Source of the DNA: an uncultured Methanosarcinales archaeon
GTDB taxonomy: Archaea; Nanobdellota; Nanobdellia; Woesearchaeales; GW2011-AR9
Reading direction: 5' to 3'
Assembly: GCA_964639875.1 (NCBI GenBank)
Contig: CAZXEM010000001.1
Span: 1 to 60,593 of the forward strand
DNA length: 60,593 nt
The position numbers and the translations under genes are program-made. The notes beneath the pieces are model-generated. The model did no database searches. It was not told the origin of the DNA and saw nothing but the letters and a program-made list of their open reading frames with translations. Below are positions 18,222-25,855 of the stretch, one piece after another (within the stretch, counting starts at the first letter, position 1; every line of letters starts with the position of its first letter).

Positions 18222-18407
18222 CGCCAACGCCCGGACTTTCAAAAATAGTTCCGCTTTTTCGCAGTGCGTTGAACTTTATGTTCAACTCGCTCTTGCGTTT
18301 CAAATGAGCGTAACCATTTGTTTGAACCGGGAATTCCGAGAGGAACTGGTTATCTCATCCAATTAAGGATTCAAGACCAGCGCAATACCGGATTATGCGA
18401 CGTTGGC
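18222..18407 (-). tRNA. tRNA-Ser(UGA) with two insertions: an 18-nt anticodon-loop intron (about 18352-18369) and an 85-nt insertion in the T-loop (about 18236-18320)
   Basis: Minus strand reads: acceptor GCCAACG/CGTTGGC; D-arm; anticodon stem CTGGT/ACCAG with loop CTTGAA[intron]A; long variable arm TTCC-TCTC-GGAA; T-stem CCCGG/CCGGG enclosing 92 nt instead of 7; discriminator G. Confidence 0.8.
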
Positions 18408-18454
18408 ATTTTTATGACATTAGTCGCGCCCAAAAAGATAAAATCTTTTTCAGG

Positions 18455-18468
18455 ATGCGACGTTGGCA
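18455..18468 (-). repeat. Promoter-proximal direct duplicate of the tRNA-Ser 5-prime end
   Basis: atgcgacgttggca at 18455-18468 is identical to 18395-18408, which covers the first 13 nt of the tRNA plus 1 flanking nt. Period is 60 nt. Confidence 0.7.
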
Positions 18469-18493
18469 CGAATATAATTAAGAAATAAGTTGA

Positions 18494-18501
18494 TTTATAA
18501 A
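18494..18501 (-). promoter_or_regulatory. TATA box positioned for transcription start at the duplicated tRNA-Ser fragment
   Basis: TTTATAAA centred about 30 nt upstream of 18467. No comparably placed TATA lies in front of the full tRNA at 18407. Confidence 0.45.
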
Positions 18502-18504
18502 AGT

Positions 18505-18816
18505 TTAGGTTTCTTTGTTTAATAATTCAAATGCCTGATATTCAAAACTACCTAAATTATAAACTTTTTCTCCCAATGTTAAAGTTCCAAAGTGAGTAGA
18601 ACCAATTTTTTTCCAAACATTTTCTTTTACATCTTTTTCGTAATGAGAGATAATCTTATTACCATCAATAATTCCAGTTAAAGAAAGAATCCCTGCAACT
18701 CCATTAAAAGAATAAGCAGAATAATTGTTAACATTTTTTTCATCAGTAAGATTTATTTTTCTTCCAGACTTATCTTTTTCTACTTTTAATTCTAAATCCA
18801 TATTAACACCCAACAA
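18505..18816 (-). CDS. Hypothetical protein
   Basis: Intact ORF. The track start at 18816 is TTG; ATG at 18801 (MDLELKVEK...) is the more likely start. No recognisable motifs. Confidence 0.45.
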   Translation of the reverse strand: MLGVNMDLELKVEKDKSGRKINLTDEKNVNNYSAYSFNGVAGILSLTGIIDGNKIISHYEKDVKENVWKKIGSTHFGTLTLGEKVYNLGSFEYQAFELLNKET

Positions 18817-18847
18817 AAATATTAAAAAATTAATAAAAAATAAAAAT

Positions 18848-20737
18848 CTACTTGATTCGAATAACTTCCAAATTCTTAGGAGCAGTAGTTTCTATCCTTA
18901 ATTGTTTATGTAAACTACTAGCTAAATCTAAACACCGAGAACTTTCACCGTGCATTAAGATCACTTTTCTAGGACAAGGATTACACCTTTTTACATAATT
19001 CATTAACTGTCTTCGATCAGAATGGTTAGTGATTTCCACTTTATGAACTTCCATATTAACTTTCAAAACCTGATTTTTTCGATCATCTCTCATCATCAGT
19101 TCTGTTGCCCCTTCCCTAATTCGATGACCTAAACTGCCCGGTGGTTGGTAACATGAAAAAATTAAACTATGCTTTTTACCTTCAGCCAAAGCTTTCAAAT
19201 ATTCTACGGAAGGACCGCCCTGTAACATTCCGGAAGTAGCAAGGATTAAACAAGGCCCTTCATCAGCAATAATTTGTTTTCTTTCTTTTTGTGATCCAAC
19301 CCGTTTAAAAATTTCAGACAAGAAAGGATTATTCTCTTTATGAAAAATTTGTTGCCTAATATTTCTGTTCAAGAATTCAGGGTAAGCAGTATGAATTGCA
19401 GTAATATCATAAAGCATTCCGTCAAGATGAACTGGAACAGTAGGGATTTTTTTCTCTCGCATTAATCGCTCTACAATAATCATTACTTCTTGTGCTCTTC
19501 CAGATCCAAGAACGGGCATCAAAACTTTACCACCACGTTCAAAAGTTTTTTTGATAACGTCAATCATGTATCCGTCAGCTTCCTGTTCGTTCATAACGTT
19601 ATCTTTACCACCATAAGTAGATTCCATGATTAATGTTTCTACTCTAGGAAACTGAGTATTAGCGGCTTCTAAAACGTTAGTTCGTCCATACTTTAAATCA
19701 CCAGTAAAAACTACGTTATGTAAACCATTACCAATATTTAAGTGCACAATTGAACTGCCCAAAATATGTCCCGCATTGTAAAATGTTAACCTAACGTCAG
19801 GTGTAATATCAGTAACTTCATCATAATCTAGACAAATTGTATGTAAAACTGTATCTCTAACTTCTTCACTAGAATAAATTGGATCTTTACCTTCGTTACG
19901 TTGAATCTTGATCATGTCCAATTGCAGTAAAGACATTACGTCCCTTGTTGGTAAGGTACAATAAACTGGCCCTTTGTAACCATACTTAAACAAGTAAGGA
20001 ACTAACCCAGAATGGTCTAAATGTGAATGAGTTATAATAACTGCATCAATATCTGAAATGTTAAATTCTGGTGCATCTAAGTAAGGATAAGAGTCCGGTC
20101 CATCCTGACTAGGATCAATCCCACAATCCATAATAATTCTAGATTCTGGTGTTTGTAATAATAAACATGCTCTTCCTACTTGCCTTGCAGCTCCTAAAAA
20201 AGAGATCCTAACCCATTCGTGTTTCTTTTCTCTTAACCAGCCATCATAAACCCGATGTCCAGTTTTGTCCAAAAACTTTTTTCGATAATCAGCATTTTCG
20301 TAAAGTACTGAACGAATACTTTCAGTCAATTTTGACCTAATTGGCGGATTCCTTTTGATTAATGGCACCCACATAGTTTTAGATTTAATTTCTTTAAGAA
20401 TTTCTCCTTGTTTACCAATAACTACTCCTGGCTTATCAGCATGAATAATTAATTGACTTCTAGGTGCATCAAAAATAAACTCCTGTGCACCAGCTTCTTT
20501 AGGAATTATTTTTCTAATTTCTTTTTCCGCTTTTTCTATTTCCATACACATTGACGGGTCTGGTCTAACTTCAATTCTCTTCTTAAACTGTTGAACAGCA
20601 GCTTTAATTGTTCCTTTATTATTAAGAAAATATTCTTTATCTTTAGTGTAAAGGACAATGTTGGCTGCTTCAAAAGCGCCATCGGAAATTGTTTTTGGGG
20701 GTAATGTCTTGATTATTTCTTTTAATATATCCGGCAT
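18848..20737 (-). CDS. aCPSF1 / FttA-type beta-CASP ribonuclease (two KH domains, metallo-beta-lactamase, beta-CASP)
   Basis: N-terminal KH-like region, HSHLDHSG metallo-beta-lactamase motif and C-terminal beta-CASP motifs. About 630 aa, typical of archaeal aCPSF1, and adjacent to psmB. Confidence 0.92.
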   Translation of the reverse strand: MPDILKEIIKTLPPKTISDGAFEAANIVLYTKDKEYFLNNKGTIKAAVQQFKKRIEVRPDPSMCMEIEKAEKEIRKIIPKEAGAQEFIFDAPRSQLIIHADKPGVVIGKQGEILKEIKSKTMWVPLIKRNPPIRSKLTESIRSVLYENADYRKKFLDKTGHRVYDGWLREKKHEWVRISFLGAARQVGRACLLLQTPESRIIMDCGIDPSQDGPDSYPYLDAPEFNISDIDAVIITHSHLDHSGLVPYLFKYGYKGPVYCTLPTRDVMSLLQLDMIKIQRNEGKDPIYSSEEVRDTVLHTICLDYDEVTDITPDVRLTFYNAGHILGSSIVHLNIGNGLHNVVFTGDLKYGRTNVLEAANTQFPRVETLIMESTYGGKDNVMNEQEADGYMIDVIKKTFERGGKVLMPVLGSGRAQEVMIIVERLMREKKIPTVPVHLDGMLYDITAIHTAYPEFLNRNIRQQIFHKENNPFLSEIFKRVGSQKERKQIIADEGPCLILATSGMLQGGPSVEYLKALAEGKKHSLIFSCYQPPGSLGHRIREGATELMMRDDRKNQVLKVNMEVHKVEITNHSDRRQLMNYVKRCNPCPRKVILMHGESSRCLDLASSLHKQLRIETTAPKNLEVIRIK

Positions 20738-20963
20738 TTTTTATATTCCTCTGTTATTTATTTTTAAATGGCAGATGCTTGAAAATTATTTTTAATTTTC
20801 ATTGTGTCTGGCATTTCTTATATTCCTCATAAAATTTTATTATTCATATTTTTGTTTAAGATTTTAACTATCTTTACTGACATCAATTTGAAAAACTTTT
20901 ATTTTTGTAACCAGCTGGTCATTTTTTAGAATTTTAACCTCTAAAAAAAGAAATTAAAAAAAT

Positions 20964-21599
20964 TTAATTTAATAAACTATACTCAATCTCTTTATGCAGT
21001 ACTTTCTTAATTTCTTTATTGTTGACTACTATTACATCAATCCCATTCCCGGAACAAGAGTCACGTTGCAAAGCAGTATTAATTGCTTGAACAACCAATT
21101 TAACACCTTCCGCAGTAGTCATTTCAGGATTGTACTGAGTTTCTAATACACCTAAAGCGAAAACTGAACCTGAACCAGAAGAGACATAATCAGTAATGTG
21201 AGTAATGCTTCCATCAGGGAACAAATCGTACAAATGAACTCCAGAAGAGTCTTTTCCACCTAATAAAAAGTGGGTAACTCCAGGAATCATGCTCATCCTT
21301 CTAATGTTTGAATAAACTAATCCACCAAGTAAATTAGCTGCTTCTTTGGCAGTTGGTTGTTTATTAGTTCTAACTTCTTTTAATTTTAATTCTGCTTTTA
21401 CTAATTTTGTAACTAACTGAGCATCGGAAACAGTCCCTGCCCAAGTTACAGCAAAATCGTCATTAAGGATATGAACTTTATCAGCTCGTTTATCCACAAT
21501 CATTGTTCCAGCAGTAGCTCGCTTGTCAGCTGCTAAAATAATTCCGTCTTTACAGACAATACCTACAGTAGTAGTACCAGTTTTTAATTGATTTTCCAT
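20964..21599 (-). CDS. psmB: Proteasome subunit beta
   Basis: Propeptide MENQLKTG followed by catalytic TTTVGIVCKDGIILAADKRAT. Confidence 0.92.
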   Translation of the reverse strand: MENQLKTGTTTVGIVCKDGIILAADKRATAGTMIVDKRADKVHILNDDFAVTWAGTVSDAQLVTKLVKAELKLKEVRTNKQPTAKEAANLLGGLVYSNIRRMSMIPGVTHFLLGGKDSSGVHLYDLFPDGSITHITDYVSSGSGSVFALGVLETQYNPEMTTAEGVKLVVQAINTALQRDSCSGNGIDVIVVNNKEIKKVLHKEIEYSLLN

Positions 21600-21681
21600 A
21601 TTATAACACCTTTAGAATGCTTTATCACATCTATCATTTATTTAGTAGTGAAAAGATAAAGATTATATATAAATGTTTTGG

Positions 21682-21703
21682 AAAAAAAGTAAAAAGAAAA
21701 AAA
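21682..21703 (-). terminator. Oligo-T terminator at the end of the lipobox island
   Basis: Minus strand reads TTTTTTTCTTTTTACTTTTTTT immediately after the stop at 21704-21706. Confidence 0.4.
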
Positions 21704-21895
21704 TTATTCTAATCTATCTTTCATTACTTCATTTAAATCTCTTTGATACTTAGCATTTTGATCATCAACATCAATATGTGGTAATATGTTATGATAAAAA
21801 TGAGCTATGTCAACTTGTCCACATGGTTCAAATTGTAATTCCAATTCTAGTTTTTTAGTTTCAAGAACTGGTTTCTGGTATAATTTCATTGACAT
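21704..21895 (-). CDS. Island ORF I16: small cytoplasmic protein, no recognisable family
   Basis: 63-aa ORF starting 2 nt after the I15 stop. No signal peptide. Confidence 0.4.
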   Translation of the reverse strand: MSMKLYQKPVLETKKLELELQFEPCGQVDIAHFYHNILPHIDVDDQNAKYQRDLNEVMKDRLE

Positions 21896-21897
21896 CT

Positions 21898-22320
21898 TTA
21901 TTTAGCGGCTTGGTAATCTTCTTCAACAATATTATCTTTAGCATCATATTCTGTACGTTCCATTTTCCATCTGCCACCAAAAGGTTCGAAAACTCCATCA
22001 TTGAAACATCTTACATTGGTTCTAGAACCATCTTCATGAGTTTTAGTATAATGTTGCTCTTCAGCCATACCATCGCCATCATAATCCATCTTTACAAATT
22101 TTTCTGAACCCTTTTCTAATCTTAAATATGAGATTTCAATACCCCTTTCATCAACACGCTTTACAGCTTTTACTACAGTTCCATTTTCAATTGGATTTTT
22201 ACCACAGAATTGATTCACCTCATAATTAGTAGTAGTAGCACATCCACTTAAAGCAGTTAAAGCTGTAGCTCCAACTAGTAATTTTTTTCCAGTATTAACA
22301 ATATTTTCTAACATTTTCAT
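21898..22320 (-). CDS. Island ORF I15: lipobox protein with DxDGDG loop
   Basis: Signal/lipobox LLVGATALTALSGC. Mature region contains MDYDGDGMAEEQ. Confidence 0.55.
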   Translation of the reverse strand: MKMLENIVNTGKKLLVGATALTALSGCATTTNYEVNQFCGKNPIENGTVVKAVKRVDERGIEISYLRLEKGSEKFVKMDYDGDGMAEEQHYTKTHEDGSRTNVRCFNDGVFEPFGGRWKMERTEYDAKDNIVEEDYQAAK

Positions 22321-22332
22321 TTTATTTGTACC

Positions 22333-22647
22333 TCATTGATAATCAGTTATAGGTGGTAATTGTATTGTTTCTCTCTTTACTTCAGGGCTTCTTACTGAAA
22401 CTAACATAGCAATTCCTGGTGGTGATGGTGGGTCTTTTGGATCAAAATCATACGCACTTCTTGTTAAAAAAGTTGAGATTGGACTTGGTTCATTATCATC
22501 ATCTCTACCATATTGACCAAGATCAACCGGTTTAAATCTCTTAAAATCGCTATAATCAATTACAATATCTTCTAACGGAAAGCCACTTTTTGCAGGTGGC
22601 AATAATGGTTTGTCTTCACCAAGTCTATCATATTTTAAAAATTTCAT
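22333..22647 (-). CDS. Island ORF I14: Pro/Asp-rich small protein
   Basis: 104-aa ORF (KDPPSPPG, LPPITDYQ). No signal peptide. Confidence 0.4.
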   Translation of the reverse strand: MKFLKYDRLGEDKPLLPPAKSGFPLEDIVIDYSDFKRFKPVDLGQYGRDDDNEPSPISTFLTRSAYDFDPKDPPSPPGIAMLVSVRSPEVKRETIQLPPITDYQ

Positions 22648-22664
22648 TTTAATAAATACCCCTT

Positions 22665-23039
22665 CTATGCAGCCGCTCCACCTGGACCATGATAAAAATC
22701 ATGGTTATTTGGAAAAGTTTCAATATCTCTTGCTAATTTCTTATACTGTTCAACAATTCTTCCTAAAGCAAAACTAGGATTAACTTTATAATCCATTTCA
22801 GCTAAATGTGCCTTTAAACTTTCAATAGAATCTTTTGGATCTTCTCTTAAACCGTAATTAGTTATAATGCATTCAAAATCGGATCTAGAATCAAAACCTA
22901 ATCCACTTGTAACATTTCTTTCAATCTGTTCTTGGAATGGTGTTTGTTCTGTAATTGGATTAAAATTATAAAGACCATGCCCTATTTCTCCTCCAATTAT
23001 CATTCCTAATAATCCTAATGCAGTTTCTGGTTTTCCCAT
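22665..23039 (-). CDS. Island ORF I13: protein with N-terminal glycine-zipper-like segment
   Basis: ALGLLGMIIGGEIGHGLY (GxxxG-type spacing). C-terminus GPGGAAA. First gene after the internal TTTATAAA box. Confidence 0.45.
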   Translation of the reverse strand: MGKPETALGLLGMIIGGEIGHGLYNFNPITEQTPFQEQIERNVTSGLGFDSRSDFECIITNYGLREDPKDSIESLKAHLAEMDYKVNPSFALGRIVEQYKKLARDIETFPNNHDFYHGPGGAAA

Positions 23040-23090
23040 TTTAATATATACCTCATAATTAGTCTAATATTAACTTAGAAACAGTTTTTA

Positions 23091-23098
23091 TTTATAAA
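23091..23098 (-). promoter_or_regulatory. Internal TATA-box candidate in the only sizeable gap of the island
   Basis: TTTATAAA in the 88-nt I12-I13 gap, about 52 nt upstream of ATG 23039, with tgaggt SD-like sequence between. Confidence 0.35.
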
Positions 23099-23127
23099 TC
23101 TTTGGGTAATTTGTTACTTTTAAGTAG

Positions 23128-23640
23128 CTAAAATAAAGCTCCGCCACTAAACCCAAAACCAGCGTTAAAATCTCCACTTTCATGCAAATAGAAGTCTACT
23201 CCGGTTTGTAAATAAAATGGATACATTTCTAAACCCACTTTAACTGATGGAGTCCACATTATTTCACTTTCAGAATTGATGCCCATCCTAAAAGCACCAA
23301 TTAATAATTCTAAAGAATCTTTAGATTTAGGGTCATACTTTCCAAACCCGTTAGTTAAACCAAATTCATACAAATCAATCTCAGAACCAGTTGATAACAA
23401 ATTAAGTGAATATTCTCCAGAATAATTACTAATTCCTTTCTTACGAGTGTTAGAATCTTCTTTGTACAATTTAACCATTACTTTCCCACCTTGTTTCCAA
23501 TCTTCTGGCGTTTGTGATAAACTGTAACCAAAGCCTACTTTTTTATAAGCTACTTTCCGCTGCAAATGTTGGTTAATACTAGCACAAGAAGTACTCAGAA
23601 GTAAAGTGCTCAAACATAAAGGTAATATTTTTTTTAACAT
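23128..23640 (-). CDS. Island ORF I12: lipobox-like protein with beta-barrel-like (OMP-like) sequence pattern
   Basis: Signal LPLCLSTLLLSTSC. Alternating hydrophobic beta-strand pattern (KVGFGYSLS, GEYSLNLLS, IDLYEFGLTNGFG, VKVGLEMYPFYLQTGVDFYL). C-terminus NAGFGFSGGALF ends in Phe. Confidence 0.5.
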   Translation of the reverse strand: MLKKILPLCLSTLLLSTSCASINQHLQRKVAYKKVGFGYSLSQTPEDWKQGGKVMVKLYKEDSNTRKKGISNYSGEYSLNLLSTGSEIDLYEFGLTNGFGKYDPKSKDSLELLIGAFRMGINSESEIMWTPSVKVGLEMYPFYLQTGVDFYLHESGDFNAGFGFSGGALF

Positions 23641-23641
23641 T

Positions 23642-23938
23642 TTAACAATACTCTTCTAACAAATCTAACATATTTTGTGCTTTCTTTTTTGCTTCCAGTT
23701 TCATTTTAATTGATGCTAAAGGTCTACTCCCGCTTGTACGAGTGCCAGAAATTTTAACTGTCTCATTTACTTCTTGGTTTAAGAAATTAACAACATCTTT
23801 CATTGTTAGATCATCATTCTTTTCTTCAACAAGCCTATATTTTGAAACGTAATCTAAATAATCTTTAGCAAATATTTTACAATCATCTCCAACAAGTTCA
23901 TAACCCGGAATTTTGTTAACTATATCTATATATTTCAT
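23642..23938 (-). CDS. Island ORF I11: cytoplasmic partner protein, paralogue of I2
   Basis: Start overlaps the I10 stop by 4 nt (ATGA). Aligns with I2 in NKIPGYELVGDDCKIFAKDYLDYV and the C-terminal KKKAQNMLDLL. Confidence 0.5.
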   Translation of the reverse strand: MKYIDIVNKIPGYELVGDDCKIFAKDYLDYVSKYRLVEEKNDDLTMKDVVNFLNQEVNETVKISGTRTSGSRPLASIKMKLEAKKKAQNMLDLLEEYC

Positions 23939-24318
23939 TTTATTTTATCCTCAATTGTTCGATGATAATGTTTTCTTGCTTCGCTAGGAGAAACCCATCC
24001 ATCATGGTTAAAATCAGCTTGACGACATGTTTCTTGATAACTTTTTGTGTTAACTGCTGCACCATCACCTTCAATAACAACATAACCGTCTGCTATTTTT
24101 CTGGTACGAACAGTACCATTTTTCATTCCCGCAGTAGTTTGTAATAAAAAACGAGTTTTTTCATTTCTCATTCGGATAACTTGTTCTTGAATTTGATAAG
24201 CACGGTAATCAAAATTTTGTGGTTTAGAAACATGCTGATTAGAAGAACAACCAGTAGCTAGAACTAAATAAGTTAAACCTAATAGTACTGGTTTCAAAAA
24301 GTAATTTTTTATTTCCAT
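23935..24318 (-). CDS. Island ORF I10: lipobox protein with canonical EF-hand-type loop
   Basis: Signal LLGLTYLVLATGC. DFNHDGWVSPSE fits the 12-residue EF-hand loop pattern D-x-[DNS]-x-[DNS]-G-x-[ILV]-x-x-x-E. Confidence 0.55.
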   Translation of the reverse strand: MEIKNYFLKPVLLGLTYLVLATGCSSNQHVSKPQNFDYRAYQIQEQVIRMRNEKTRFLLQTTAGMKNGTVRTRKIADGYVVIEGDGAAVNTKSYQETCRQADFNHDGWVSPSEARKHYHRTIEDKIK

Positions 24319-24539
24319 GAGTCTTTCTTCTCTTCAAACTGACTATCTAAATCTTTATGATCTTCTTTTGCGTGAGACCTTACGCTTTCAGTTTGATACA
24401 TTTTTCTTTGTTCTTCTTGTTGCTTTTGCATCACTTCGTACTGAGTTGGAACACAACCAGACAAGGATACAGCTACTGCTGCACCCATTATTGCTTTTGC
24501 TACATATCCAACTGTTTTTTTCATTGTTTCATATTTCAT
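24309..24539 (-). CDS. Island ORF I9: small lipobox protein
   Basis: Signal AIMGAAVAVSLSGC followed by a charged Q/E/K-rich mature peptide. Overlaps the I10 start by 10 nt. Confidence 0.5.
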   Translation of the reverse strand: MKYETMKKTVGYVAKAIMGAAVAVSLSGCVPTQYEVMQKQQEEQRKMYQTESVRSHAKEDHKDLDSQFEEKKDSWK

Positions 24540-24551
24540 TTTATTTTTCCT

Positions 24552-25115
24552 CTAAATTTTTTGAAATTTTTTTTCACTATATTTCAATTCTTTATCATAA
24601 TCTGATCCTGTTTTTATCATTGCTTTGAAGTGTTTACTAACATTTGAAACATCAATATTAAATCTTAAGGTATAACCAATATCTAAATCAGTTTCAAAAC
24701 TTTCAACATTTTCATTATAAACTGCAAGCATGGTTTTGTATGATTGGCCATGGCATTTTGCAGCTGAGACACAACTCTCAGCAAATAAACCAACTGTCCT
24801 TTGATTTAAAGTACTAAATACTTTTCTTGCTGCAACCACATTTTCATTATAGTTATGAACCCTAAAAAAATGATTATTAGACTTAGAATCAGATAATATC
24901 TTAGTTAAATTTTTAACATCTTCTTCAATAATACTTGGAATTGACATAGCAATAAAAAGGTCTTTGCTAGGCAGGTGATTTTTACCATCAATCACAGATT
25001 CAGATTTAATTAAAAGGTAAGTTGCTTCCATTCTTTGCAAAGCATAGTAAGATAATACTAATGCATTCTTCATTGCATTTTCTTGTGAGGTTAATGTTAA
25101 TCTTTCTAATGTCAT
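24552..25115 (-). CDS. Island ORF I8: cytoplasmic protein, no recognisable family
   Basis: The track start at 25136 is TTG. ATG at 25115 has AGGAGGG (25121-25127) upstream, and using it removes the overlap with I7. Confidence 0.5.
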   Translation of the reverse strand: MTLERLTLTSQENAMKNALVLSYYALQRMEATYLLIKSESVIDGKNHLPSKDLFIAMSIPSIIEEDVKNLTKILSDSKSNNHFFRVHNYNENVVAARKVFSTLNQRTVGLFAESCVSAAKCHGQSYKTMLAVYNENVESFETDLDIGYTLRFNIDVSNVSKHFKAMIKTGSDYDKELKYSEKKFQKI

Positions 25116-25129
25116 TTTTTCCCTCCTAA

Positions 25130-25465
25130 TTACCAACGTATTCTGATTCTATTTTTGTGTCCGTGCCCATGTTTATGACCATGTTTATGTCCATGATGAG
25201 ACCCATGCTTATGTCCATTATATTTATGCCCATGATGATAACCTCCATGGCTATGAGAACCATTGTGCGGATGACAATGATTTTTATAACCATGTCCATG
25301 ACAATTCTTTTTATTCTGATTTACTTGGTAATGTACTGGGGGTGTTCTAAAAGCAAAGCCCACTCCGTATGGTTCAATACAACCAGTAGTACCAACAGCA
25401 ATCACTCCCGCTAATAATAATTCTAATCCTAATCTAGATTTTTTCTTTTCTTCTTTCATTTCCAT
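25130..25465 (-). CDS. Island ORF I7: lipobox protein with extreme His-rich tail, paralogue of I5
   Basis: Start chosen at ATG 25465 (AGGAGG at 25475-25480). Signal LLLAGVIAVGTTGC, then NQNKKNCHGHGYKNHCHPHNGSHSHGGYHHGHKYNGHKHGSHHGHKHGHKHGHGHKNRIRIRW. Confidence 0.55.
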   Translation of the reverse strand: MEMKEEKKKSRLGLELLLAGVIAVGTTGCIEPYGVGFAFRTPPVHYQVNQNKKNCHGHGYKNHCHPHNGSHSHGGYHHGHKYNGHKHGSHHGHKHGHKHGHGHKNRIRIRW

Positions 25466-25488
25466 TTTTATTTTCCTCCTCATGATTC

Positions 25489-25839
25489 TTAATCTGCTCT
25501 AAGTTTTTTCTCTATTCCTTGAGCCAGTTTTATAATCTCAGTTGCTATTGCTCCCATCTCTAAAGGCATGGGTTCAATTTTTAAGATCTGGGCTCCAGGA
25601 CATTTATATAAATCGACACCTTCAGCTAGATAACCTTTATGGGCAATTTTACTCAAGTCTCCTGGAATTCTAACCAAGTCTGCAATTCCATCTCCATTAC
25701 AATCTAACACACCCCATGGTTGATAACCACTAGGGGATATGTTCAGACTGTACGGTTGATTTCCTTTTGGTTCTTGCGGTTTACAGGCAGTTATACCTAA
25801 AGCTAAAGCCGCACTCAATAATAATATTTTATAATCCAT
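25489..25839 (-). CDS. Island ORF I6: lipobox protein with DxNGDG loop
   Basis: Start moved to ATG 25839 (MDYKILLLSAALALGITAC), with GGAG upstream. The longer track ORF would overlap I5. Contains LDCNGDGIADLV. Confidence 0.55.
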   Translation of the reverse strand: MDYKILLLSAALALGITACKPQEPKGNQPYSLNISPSGYQPWGVLDCNGDGIADLVRIPGDLSKIAHKGYLAEGVDLYKCPGAQILKIEPMPLEMGAIATEIIKLAQGIEKKLRAD

Positions 25840-25855
25840 TTTTATTAGTCTCCAT

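Noticed and set aside
18236-18320. The T-loop insertion as a C/D-box sRNA hosted in a tRNA intron
   Set aside because: There is no RUGAUGA C box at the 5-prime end. Only the tRNA-Thr copy has a CUGA near the 3-prime end, and the conserved parts form hairpins rather than guide-like single strands.
25157-25414. 85-aa Met-rich ORF on the plus strand
   Set aside because: It is the antisense reading of the His-rich tail of I7 (CAT/CAC His codons read as ATG/GTG). It has no start context, and the minus-strand gene has a signal peptide, an SD site and a paralogue.
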